Origin: a virus
Virus record (IMG/VR): IMGVR_UViG_3300022752_000018
Coordinates: 32,001 to 96,000 of that record
Strand: one strand, 5' to 3'
Length of the DNA stretch: 64,000 bases
Shown here: piece after piece, positions 53,237 through 63,500 of the stretch
Numbering within the stretch: position 1 is the first letter of the stretch
How the letters are laid out: each line of letters starts with the position of its first letter
Program-made: the position numbers and the translations under genes
Notes under the pieces: model-generated
What the model was told of the DNA's origin: nothing
The model's input: the letters and a program-made list of their open reading frames with translations, nothing else
The model's database searches: none

Positions 53237-54259
53237 TTACTTGGCTCTTTTTGGTGCGCCATTGATTGGACTCTTAGTGTTGATACTTCCACCACCACCT
53301 ACGTTGCCCCCTGTACCGGCACCCCATGTCTTACCTTCTGCTTCACCTTTCTTCTCAGCTCCATGTCCAGGCTCTCGCTTCTTGAATGCTGTTTTGCCTG
53401 CTTTACCACCTGGAACATTGATGTTACCACCATCCTGTAATTGTGGCTTAGTCTGCTTGAAAACACCGTTACCTTCAATTGTGCTGCCTGCACCTACTTC
53501 CTTACCCTTATACTCACCACCATTTAAAATGTTGGCTGTTGTACCACCCATATCATTTTTCATATTGTCAATGATACTTTTAGTGTTGACACCATCATCA
53601 CCCATTTTACCCCAAGTGTTATAGTTGCCACCACCTACTTTCTCTACATATTCACGGATAAAGTCTTCATCTGTTTGTTTATCTTTTTTGGGAGGGGGAT
53701 CATCTTCATCTTCATCTTCGGGAGGGGGATCATCTTCGTCACGCTTCTCGAAGTACATGCTATCTTTTGTAGGTTCTTCTTCATCGCCCATGCCCATGTC
53801 GTCACCTTCTTCACCACCGCCTAAATCACCTAAGGCCGCCTCCAATTCATCTCTAATAGCTTCTAATTCAGATTCTATATCATCAACACGGTCAGCAAGA
53901 TCACCTTCATCACCCATATCACCCATGTCGCCACCCATATCGTCATCACCTAGGTGACCTAGGTGATGACCTTCTTCATCACCGGCTTCAACATCACCTA
54001 ACATGTCGTCTGTTTCGTCACCACCAAAGGCTTCTTCTTCTGGTGGAGGCATCATACCCATATTTTCATCTACATCATCATCATCAGGATCGTGATGTGA
54101 CTCCGTAGTATCATCATCTTCGAATTCTTCGGCTAATAAATTTTCATATATTTCACGACTTTTTGCTACCACAATATCGTGAAATAATTCTCTTGCTTTA
54201 GTTTCTTCATCATTGATAAGATACTCTAGCATCTGTTCGAACTTTGAACGATCTCCCAT
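53237..54259 (-). CDS. Acidic low-complexity prohead core-like protein (340 aa; position of T4 gp67/68)
   Basis: Short ordered N-terminus (KARELFHDIVVAKSREIYE), then a D/E/G-rich half and a K/G-rich half; SD TAGGAG; lies between portal and protease. Confidence 0.65.
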   Translation of the reverse strand: MGDRSKFEQMLEYLINDEETKARELFHDIVVAKSREIYENLLAEEFEDDDTTESHHDPDDDDVDENMGMMPPPEEEAFGGDETDDMLGDVEAGDEEGHHLGHLGDDDMGGDMGDMGDEGDLADRVDDIESELEAIRDELEAALGDLGGGEEGDDMGMGDEEEPTKDSMYFEKRDEDDPPPEDEDEDDPPPKKDKQTDEDFIREYVEKVGGGNYNTWGKMGDDGVNTKSIIDNMKNDMGGTTANILNGGEYKGKEVGAGSTIEGNGVFKQTKPQLQDGGNINVPGGKAGKTAFKKREPGHGAEKKGEAEGKTWGAGTGGNVGGGGSINTKSPINGAPKRAK

Positions 54260-54293
54260 GTTGTTCTCCTATAGGTAATGAGCTGTCAACTAT

Positions 54294-54300
54294 TATTTAC
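54294..54300 (-). promoter_or_regulatory. Late-promoter-like box GTAAATA for the core-protease-scaffold-capsid operon
   Basis: About 35 nt upstream of the 340-aa gene start. Confidence 0.55.
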
Positions 54301-54336
54301 ATATATTTCTTAAAAAGCACTGAAAACAACTAAAAA

Positions 54337-54924
54337 TTAACGAATTTGTTTCCATTTACTCATTATTTTGTATAATTCTTCATATGTAATTTCCTTGTAA
54401 TTATCATACTTCCATTTTGGTTCATAAAAATTTGGTATTGTTACTCTAATAAATTGTATATCTGAATTATCCTTAATTACTTTCTCAGTTTGTTTATACC
54501 AATTTCCGTAATAAGTCTTTGAATCTTTACTACTTTTATAGTTCTTAGTATCGGCATAAACATTATTAAGTTTACCTTCTAACCCTTCAAAATCAAAACC
54601 AAAAATATAAATTTCATTAGGTTTATAGCTCGCAGATAAAAATAAAGCAGTTGGTCCGCTACTCCAACCTAAATTTTCATCTATAAAATTAAAGTTTTGA
54701 TGTGTGGACTTATATGGAAAAGGCCATGTCCAAACTTGATTGGTGATTTGATATTGATTATTATTAATCTCATCAATCATTTTACGATCTACCGCCACTA
54801 AAAAATCTGGCTTGTATTCCCTATATACAGCATTACAAGCGTAGATTAGGCCATATGGCCTTACATCATCGAAATTTATATTCAATCGTGTTCGTCCATT
54901 TCCGAACACGAAATTCTTTCTCAT
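54337..54924 (-). CDS. Glycosyltransferase-like Rossmann protein (sialyltransferase/DUF115-like, 195 aa)
   Basis: N-terminal VFGNG.TR, IYACNAVYREYKPDFLVAVD, WSSGPTAL, IYIFGFD motifs; ATGA overlap with the upstream methyltransferase. Confidence 0.55.
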   Translation of the reverse strand: MRKNFVFGNGRTRLNINFDDVRPYGLIYACNAVYREYKPDFLVAVDRKMIDEINNNQYQITNQVWTWPFPYKSTHQNFNFIDENLGWSSGPTALFLSASYKPNEIYIFGFDFEGLEGKLNNVYADTKNYKSSKDSKTYYGNWYKQTEKVIKDNSDIQFIRVTIPNFYEPKWKYDNYKEITYEELYKIMSKWKQIR

Positions 54925-55517
54925 AGTGGTTTACGACGACACATCCAAGCTACTTGTTGAAATTCATCACGCATATAATCTACTAATTGATTACGATCTA
55001 TGGTTTCTTGTATATCAGCATCTGTTATCTCACACCAATTCCATATACGATGATTGATAGCTTCTTCAAAATACTCAACATTTCTAACATAATCATGAGC
55101 CATAATAAAGTCTCCTGGCTTTAAATAATCTGTAAGCAAATTTACTTCCATTTTCTTTAAACCACCATCACACATTAAAACTGTAGTGCCTGGTCGTTGT
55201 AAATTTGAAACAATTTCATCTTTATTACTGTCACGAATATTCTGATAATCATCCGTAAAAAGATTACAAATTCTTACTAAAATACCCTCATTGCTTAACA
55301 TTGAATACCATCCTTGTGGATGTAGTTCATAACTGATCATTTGATAATCATGACCAACTTCTTTTAAAATTCTGTTTAGTGCTAGGCTTGTAGCACCTTG
55401 TCCTATACCAATTTCAATTACTGTTGTAGGTTTTACTTCATTGAAAAAAGTACGAAAAGGATGCTGAAAATTCTCGTGCTGTTGGCATACTAGGCCATCA
55501 ATAGGTGCGTGTATCAT
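54921..55517 (-). CDS. Class I SAM-dependent methyltransferase (CmcI/Methyltransf_24-like, 198 aa)
   Basis: Motif I VIEIGIGQG, ISYE strand, VLMCDGG, YLKPGDFIMAHD. Confidence 0.75.
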   Translation of the reverse strand: MIHAPIDGLVCQQHENFQHPFRTFFNEVKPTTVIEIGIGQGATSLALNRILKEVGHDYQMISYELHPQGWYSMLSNEGILVRICNLFTDDYQNIRDSNKDEIVSNLQRPGTTVLMCDGGLKKMEVNLLTDYLKPGDFIMAHDYVRNVEYFEEAINHRIWNWCEITDADIQETIDRNQLVDYMRDEFQQVAWMCRRKPL

Positions 55518-55536
55518 ATTTGTCCTTTATAAATGA

Positions 55537-55779
55537 TTAAGCAGCGGGCGCAGCAGGTGTAGTACCATACATTTTTTGAATGAATTCCATTTCTTCTTCA
55601 GTTTCTAAAATGTGCGATTCTGATGCTTTACGTAAATCATTTATCTGTTTTAGAGTCAATCTTGTTTTTCTTGTATCGCCACGCTGTAATTCATCTAAAT
55701 CACGTGCTGAGTCAAATCTAAAATCATTACTGATTTTATTTGTTTCAGGATTAAGATAGAAAAGTTCTCTAAGGATCAT
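55537..55779 (-). CDS. Hypothetical protein (80 aa, MILRELF...)
   Basis: The track ORF starts at 55818 inside the portal gene; the ATG at 55779 follows the portal stop and an ATAAATA box. Contains DTRKTRLTLKQIN.LRK. Confidence 0.75.
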   Translation of the reverse strand: MILRELFYLNPETNKISNDFRFDSARDLDELQRGDTRKTRLTLKQINDLRKASESHILETEEEMEFIQKMYGTTPAAPAA

Positions 55780-55783
55780 ATTG

Positions 55784-55790
55784 TATTTAT
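55784..55790 (-). promoter_or_regulatory. Late-promoter-like box ATAAATA overlapping the portal stop
   Basis: Minus strand TAATAAATACAATATG. Confidence 0.45.
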
Positions 55791-57517
55791 TACATTGGTG
55801 CTGCTGGTGCTGTAACACCTAAGCCTGTATCAGTTCCTGGAGGCATTTGTCCAGGCATTCCAGCTGTCATATCTTCTGGTGCTGTAGTATCGCTTGCCAT
55901 CTCAAGATCGCTGTCAATACCAGCTGCACTTAGGCCTGCACCACGAAGTTCACCACTTGAGTCAGTACCAGTTATTGGTGCTAATCCCTTCTCTTGACGC
56001 CATAGATTTTCATTTTCTGCTATTTCTTCTTCACTTAAACCTAGGAATCTTTTTAAGGCAAAGCGTTTACTTATATATGGCACCTGTTGTATGGTATTAA
56101 ATGTATTAATTCGTTGTCCATCCATCTCACTTTGACGATAGCTGGCAAAGTTTAAAGGTGGCTGAAATTTTAATTCAAATAGACTTGTATCAATGTTTAC
56201 ACCTTTATAGTGTAAAAACCTCTTAAATTCCTCATCAAATATACTGGTTAATAGACTTTGTAGTCTAATACAATAATTATTAAAACGTAATTCCTGAATA
56301 TAAGCAGTGCCTACACGACCATCGTTATATTGTTGTTGTCCATCATCTGGACCGCTAGGTAAGTAACTACTGGGTATACGAAGGGCTCTAAATAATTTGT
56401 TAGTAAAATACCTTAAATCGTCAATTTCACCAAGATTAGTGCCCCCTGCTAGAGTATCAACCTTACTACCCCTGCCTCCTTCAGTTTGTGGAAAGAAATA
56501 ATCTTCACCTATACTCAAAGGATTATAAGCACTGTCAATTATATTAGATCCACCACCATTTTGACTGGGAATACGTCGTTGATGTATTTCATTTTTGACA
56601 CGCTCTACAAAGCTCATAGCCATATGACTGGGCATATTTCCTACATCAATATAGAAAATCCTACGCTCTGGGGCACGTTGTATACGATAGATTAAAATAG
56701 CATCTTCTAATAATTCTTTTTGTTTATAGACTTTAAACACTTGTTCGAGCAAACTATTACCAAATGGATAATTGTTATCTAATCCTTCGCTCAAACTTAA
56801 ATGTACCACATGAGCAGCATCAATTGCCATCTCATTTTCGTTTAAACTGAACCTATCACCATATTGCGTTGGGTACGCTCCTGTTGCTCCTCGAGCCATT
56901 CCACCACCGGCAATATAATTGCTACCTCTACTGTTGGTTTGATGAGGACTTTGCTGAATCTGTGTAGCTACAAGATTTTTAAAATTGGGATTTAGATCCC
57001 TAATTACATACTGTTCTGGTCTTTTACCATCACTTTCATTAACGATAATTTTAACCATCTTACTTGAATCAACATAAAACCATTTTTGTGTTTCTGGATC
57101 ACGAATAAACCAACTATCACCAAATTTAAAAGTATTTCTTACTATGCGGAAAAATCTTGTATCAAATTGTTGAAGCTTAAACCATTTTTGTAGGTACTCT
57201 TTTAACACTCGAATTTCAGTGTTTGTTGCTCTATCTTTAAAATTTAATGTAAATGTAGTATTATTTTCTTTATTTTTTTGAGTACAAAACTCAGCCAATA
57301 TATCTAAAGCGCCTGTTACTTCTGGATCCATATCCATAGTATCATACTGCATGTATCTTTCAATTCTGTTTGGGGTGCCTGTATAAATGTCAGGTAGAAA
57401 ACTGCTATAATTTGTACGTGCTGGCCCAGGGTTATTACCATTTCTATTAGTCAATGGACTTATATTACCAAATTGGTCATTTGTGCTCACAGGAGTGAAA
57501 TATCTTCGCCAACTCAT
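55790..57517 (-). CDS. gp20: Portal vertex protein, T4 gp20 family (575 aa)
   Basis: LEDAILIYRIQRAPERRIFYIDVGNMP, EDYFFPQ.EGGRGSKVDTL.GG.NLGEIDDL.YF..KLFRALRIP.SYL. Confidence 0.96.
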   Translation of the reverse strand: MSWRRYFTPVSTNDQFGNISPLTNRNGNNPGPARTNYSSFLPDIYTGTPNRIERYMQYDTMDMDPEVTGALDILAEFCTQKNKENNTTFTLNFKDRATNTEIRVLKEYLQKWFKLQQFDTRFFRIVRNTFKFGDSWFIRDPETQKWFYVDSSKMVKIIVNESDGKRPEQYVIRDLNPNFKNLVATQIQQSPHQTNSRGSNYIAGGGMARGATGAYPTQYGDRFSLNENEMAIDAAHVVHLSLSEGLDNNYPFGNSLLEQVFKVYKQKELLEDAILIYRIQRAPERRIFYIDVGNMPSHMAMSFVERVKNEIHQRRIPSQNGGGSNIIDSAYNPLSIGEDYFFPQTEGGRGSKVDTLAGGTNLGEIDDLRYFTNKLFRALRIPSSYLPSGPDDGQQQYNDGRVGTAYIQELRFNNYCIRLQSLLTSIFDEEFKRFLHYKGVNIDTSLFELKFQPPLNFASYRQSEMDGQRINTFNTIQQVPYISKRFALKRFLGLSEEEIAENENLWRQEKGLAPITGTDSSGELRGAGLSAAGIDSDLEMASDTTAPEDMTAGMPGQMPPGTDTGLGVTAPAAPM

Positions 57518-57530
57518 ATATTATACCTTA

Positions 57531-60500
57531 TTATACATTGAAAAGATTACCATTAAGGTTCTTTGTTGCTTGTATCTGCTGTCTACTAGATTCTTCGACT
57601 TTGTTAGTTAATCTTCCTATATTCATATTTAACTGATCAAGACTTTTAACTACGTCGTCTAGAGTTTTAGTCTGCTTACCAGGTGTAGTTGAACCTGATT
57701 CAGATTTTTTTCCTTGATCCTTATCTATCTTATTGTCCACTGCTCTAACAGTGGCTTGTGTAGCTTTTTTATCTTCTTGTTTCGTTTTCTCTCTTTCTGC
57801 TTGAGCTCCACTAGCATGAGTTTGACCTTGTACTTTAGCCTTAGGGACAGGCATTCCATCAGATCCTAATGTAAACATTCCCATGTCAATTTTACTGTAC
57901 TGGGGTTTAGAACTAGGCTCAGATTTAGCCGAAGGATTAGCCTGAGGTAAAGTTTTTTGTAGTGACGCCATGGCTTCTGCTACATTGGCATCACCTGTTC
58001 TTGACTCTTGTTGGGGTGGTGGAGGTTCAGCATAATCTATGCCTGCTACACTGGCATCACCTGGTCCAGCAGCAAAGGCAGCATCATCTGCCATAGGATT
58101 CATAGTCTCTGGCAGTTGTGATGAAAAATCTTTTAGTGCTTGGCTTACATAATCATCCTCATCTTCAGCAAAGGCTGGATCCATTTTACCACCAATGGCA
58201 TCACCACCTTGACCATATTCATCTTCCTCAAATTCTTTTAACCCTATAATTTGATCAGCAAAATCTTTCATTGCAAGACTAATATAATCTTTTTCTGGTT
58301 CTTCAGGTAATACTACATCTTCACCACCTTGACCATATTCATCTTCAGCAAAGGCACTATCCATTGATCCTTCACCCTGCTGTGCTTCATTAGCCTCTAG
58401 CATTTGACTATCTGTTAATCCTTGTACTTGATCAGCAAAATCTTTCATTGCAAGACTAATATAATCTTTTTCTGGTTCTTCAGGTAATACTACATCTTCA
58501 CCACCTTGACCATATTCATCTTCCTCAAATTCATCACGCTCTGGCATATCAAACAAAGCGGTTGCTTCTTGCATAAAGGCATCTTGTGCTTCTGCTGCTG
58601 CTTCACTGGGCATATCAAATAATGTGTTAATTTGTTGCATGAATGTATCTTGTGCGTTTATCGCAGCATCAGTCATTCCGCCTACACTTTCCAATTGTGC
58701 CTTATTAGCTTTTTCTGTTTGTTCTAAAATTTTATTATCAGATTCTTTTTTAGCTATCCCAAGTGCTTCATCTAATTCTTTTTGTTGTTCTAGATTAGAT
58801 TTAAGATTATTCTGAGCTCTTATTACACCGTTTTCTGCTAATTTTAACTGAGCCTGTTCTTCTTCTGTTAGTGCCCTTTCACTAGCCAGAGCCTTTAGTC
58901 CATCCACTTCACCTTGACGCTCTAATAGTCTTTCTTCAATTTCTGTTCTTCTCTCTGCCAATTTGTTCATTTCTTCAGTCTTGTCTCTCATACCTTGAAC
59001 TGGCAGTGCTTCCTTCATATCCTCTTTGATTTTTTCACTATTAGACTTAACTTCTTCCTTAGCATCAGTTAATGGCGAAAAAATTGCCTTACCCATTTCT
59101 TTGCTTATATTTTCTGCTTCCCTGTAGGCCTCTTTCATTTCCTTATTGGCATTTTTATAAGCTTCACTACCTTCAATTTCTTCTTTGCTCTTGCCTTCTC
59201 GCTGGCCTTTAGACATCATAGTGTCCATAGCTGCGCTTGCCTTATCTCCTCTTTCAATGGCACTTTCCTTGTCCTTACCTAATTGAGAAATTTTGGCATC
59301 TCTTTCTGCTCTACGTTTGTTAATTTCTTCTTCTTGTTTTTTCTGATCTTCATCGCCAATTAGATTGCGATCAACTGTTTTTTCCTCTCTATCTATGACC
59401 TGTTTTGGTTGTATTTGATTAGGCAACATTTCCTGCATACTTGTTACATCATTCTTAACTTTTTCAGTATTGGATTTAGGTTCACCCTTAGACTCAGTCA
59501 TTGGTTCTGTTATGGCCTTGCCTAATTCTTTGCCTGCTTCAGTTTGATCTTTAAATATAGCTTGATTAGATTCTTCTATTATTCCTCTTCGTGACTTTTC
59601 CGCTACCTCAAAAGCCTTAAGATCTGATTGTTGTATTTTTTTAATTTCTTCAGACTTAGCTATTTCCCTTTTTTCTTCTTCAAGTCTATTCTTTTCTCTA
59701 TTGGTTAACCCTTGCTCATTAGCTTTCTTTTCTAATTCCTGTACTCTAGCCGTGCGTTCTGCTATATTTTCTTCTTCGCTTTCAATAATTCGTTTGGCAT
59801 TCTTTTTCCTAGTTTCCAACATTGCTTCATTATCGTTAGCAACGAACTGTAAAGTTTTCTTACCATGCTCATCTAAACTTTCTGAAGCCTTAGCCAAATT
59901 GCTTTCAAACTCTTTTGGTTGAGGATATTCTACTCCTTTATAGGCCTCACCTAATGATTTAACTTCCTGTAAAGGTAAAGCATCTTTCATATCCTTCTTT
60001 ATTACTTCAGCTGTATCTTTTGACAGTGCCTGCTTTCTAGTCTGTAATTCCTTTTCAAAATTGTAACCTTGATCTTCCATCTTACGCTTAGTTTCATCAA
60101 CTTCTCTGAAATAGCCTAACTGCTCAGATGCCTTATTTCTTCTTTCTACATATGCTTTCTCCTCTGCCTCTAATCTCTTAAATTCTTCGTCATGTTTTTC
60201 CTGACCTTTCTTGCCTTCAGCTTCATATCTTTCCTCTATGGCCAGTAATTGTTTTTCTCTCTCTTTAAATCCTTTATTGGCTAAATCATATTCTTCTTGA
60301 TATTTTTGTTTTTTAGCTTCCCTTTCCTGTTGATTTAAACTTAGTATTTCATTTAAACCTTCTTTATTAACATTTCTCTTTTCTGTAGCATTATCAACAT
60401 AAGACTTTAAAACAAATTGTCCTGGATCAACTTGTTGTGGACTGGCTACAGATTTTTCTTGTATTCCTTGTATAGGTATATTTTCTGCTACTACATTTTT

Positions 60501-63500
60501 AGTTTGTTCGGCTGATGTTAATTGTTGACCTTGTTTTTTATAATCTTCTAAATTAGCAGCACTGATGGCTACTTCTTGATCTGCTTGTGCTTTTATATTT
60601 TTTTGAAAAGCTAATTCATTTTGTTCACGTTTAGTAAGAGTTTCGGTAGCGGCTTTTTTCTCTAAATCAGTAATTTTTTGAGCAGCTTCGTCTCTAGATT
60701 TAGTCCAATGATCGTTATAATCTTGTTCAACTTTAATCTTAAATTTATTATTTTCCTGTGCTAGATTAATAGCCTCCTGCCCTGATTTTTTAACATCATC
60801 TAATTCTTTAGTCTTAAAACCAGTGACTATTTGTGATTGCTCAGTGCTGATTTTCTTTATAGATTCATTAGTTTCGGCACGTTTATTAACTTCCCATGTA
60901 GTACCTTCTTCTATACGTTTTCTTAATGCTTCAACTTGCGGCCTAAATTCATTATCTAAATCTTTTCCTTGTTGACTTTCTTTTACCGCCCTACGGACAT
61001 CACTAAACTTTGCATCAGGACCTAGCTGCTCTTTCATTTGAGCATACAATTCCCTTTGTTTAGACATATGTTGACCTAAAACTTTACTCAATTCCTGATC
61101 TGCCGCTTTGGCATCATCTGTCTTAAATTGTTTACCTTCTGTTACTGATCCACCTGAAGTTGCCTTTTCTATAAGATCTGTTTTCTTGTAAACTACTCCT
61201 GTCATAAGACTATTCATTGTTTGTTCTAGTCTTGCTTTACTGGCCTCCATTTCCCTGATAACTGCTTGACCTTCTTTACTATCAGGATCAAAAGGTTTAC
61301 CATCTATTGATACAGAAGTTTCTTGATTCTTTTTTGTTTCTTTACTAATTTCTTGTAGATTTGTTCGTGTAAGATCCGTTAGACCTTTCATAGAGCTTTC
61401 TATGTTTGATCTAGTTGTTTCTAATTGCTTAATTGCTGCTTGACCTTCTTTGCTATTAGGATCAACAGATTTACCATCTATTGTTACCGTTGTTTTTTGA
61501 TTATTTTTAACTTCCTTAAAGATTTCCTGTAAATTTAATCTTGAACTATCTTGAAGATTGGTTCTTGCAGGATCTTGGACTGCTGTTTTTGTCAAGTTTA
61601 ACATATTACTCATGGAATTTTCTATGTTTAATTTCATAGATTCCATTTGTTTTATAGCAGCTTGACCTTCTTTGCTATTAGGATCAACAGGTTTACCATC
61701 TATTGATACAGATGTTTTTTGATTATTTTTTATTTCCTTACTAATTTCTTGTAGATTTGTTCGTGTAAGATCCGTTAGACCTTTCATAGAGCTTTCTATA
61801 TTTGATCTAGTTGTTTCTAATTGCTTAATTGCTGCTTGACCTTCTTTGCTATTAGGATCTACTTGTTTGCCATTTACAATAACTTCCTGCGTTTGAGTCT
61901 TGGATACATTAGTCTTAGGGGTTGTAGGAGCTATTTCAGATAATAATCTGTTTTGTGCTGATTCAGTACGACTTTTTTCCACAAGATCACGCATTTTCTG
62001 TTCAGCTGCGGGGCCTTCACGTATACCTGCGATCTTAACTTTTAATTCTTCATCTCGCCACTTTTGTAATTCATCATTACGTTTCTTTTCAGTAGCATAT
62101 TCTTGTCTTGCTATCCTTTCAGCAGTTTCACCTTTTTCAGCACCTATCTTTTTGAAATGTTCTTCTAATTCAGCATCTTGTTTCTTGATTTTTTCTGCAT
62201 TAGATAATGGTTTTTTAGATTCTACTGTGGTTTCTTTAGCTGTTGTTGGCTTAGTTTCTGGTGCTTTGGTTGTTGTAGCAGGCTTAGTTTCTGTGGGTTT
62301 GTCCGTAGGTTTTGCTTCACTTGGGCCTTTAACTTCAACTTTGCTAATTAAATTTTTTGGCCAGTTTTGAACTTCTACCTTACTAATAGTAGTCTTTATA
62401 TCATTACTAATCTTAGTTAAATCTATGCCTTTGGATGTTTTATCTTGTCCGGCAAGAACACTTTTCATTTGGTTAAATGCTACACCGGCGCCTTCTTGAC
62501 TCAGTCCTTTTGCCATATTCATCATTTGGTCTGGCCTTACTACTGCTTCCATACCATGTAGTTCTGCTAGTGTCCCTTTACCCCAATTTTCAAATAGCAT
62601 ACCTGCTTCACCTATACTACCACCTTCACGCTTAGGTGGTGGGGGCTGAGTCTGTGATTCTTCTTTTGCTTTTGGTTTTACTTCTTCCTTTCTTAGTGCT
62701 GCTATTTCATCGAGTGTTTTTTGTAACTTGGGTATGTATTCGCCAATCTTTGTAGCAAGACCAGATATTCCTTGATCTATTCCTTTAACTGCTTTAAAAA
62801 ATCCTGCCTTTTCTAATTCTGCAGGTATTATGGCACCAATATTATCTGCATCTTTTCCTTTTTTATCTGCATATTGTTTAGCTAGTTCATCAATTGATTT
62901 ACCTTTGTCACCTCCAGGAACAGTTCTAGCGACATCTTGTAGTTGTCCCATCACACCGGTAGGTCTGCCTTTGGCATCCCTTTCACCGCTATTTTGTAAA
63001 ATTCTTCCTGCTGTAGATATAAGACCAGCTCTTACATCTTCAATAGTTCTTGTAGTAGTAACTAATATTTCTGTTAGAGGTTCTCTAGCAGCTTGTTCTT
63101 TGACTATGGCCTGACGTTGTGCCTCCATGGCTTCCCTAACATCGTTAGTCTTTTCCATAAACTTTTGAAGACCTTGATAGGCAGTATCATTCTTTTCAAT
63201 ATTTTTAATAATTAACTTGGCAGCATCGCCCACACCTGTAGCAGCTATAGTGTTTAAGGCTACGTTCTTCTGATTTTCCATATTGGCCACTTGTGCTTGC
63301 TTCATGCTTTCACTAGCAAGTGCAGTTTGGCCTTCACCCAATAATTTGGCACTTTCAGCTGTCTTACGAGCAGCATCGCCAAAGATTCCTAAAGATAGTT
63401 GAGCTTCTTTTGTAGTTGCTGTTTGAGAAGCAAAATATTCTTTAAACAGTTGGCCCTGACCCATGGCCTCGGCCTTGATATATTCTTGCGCGAACTTCTC

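Noticed and set aside
50291-57517. Intein, intron or homing endonuclease in portal, protease or capsid genes
   Set aside because: Lengths are normal, family motifs are continuous, and no LAGLIDADG, HNH or splicing signatures were seen.
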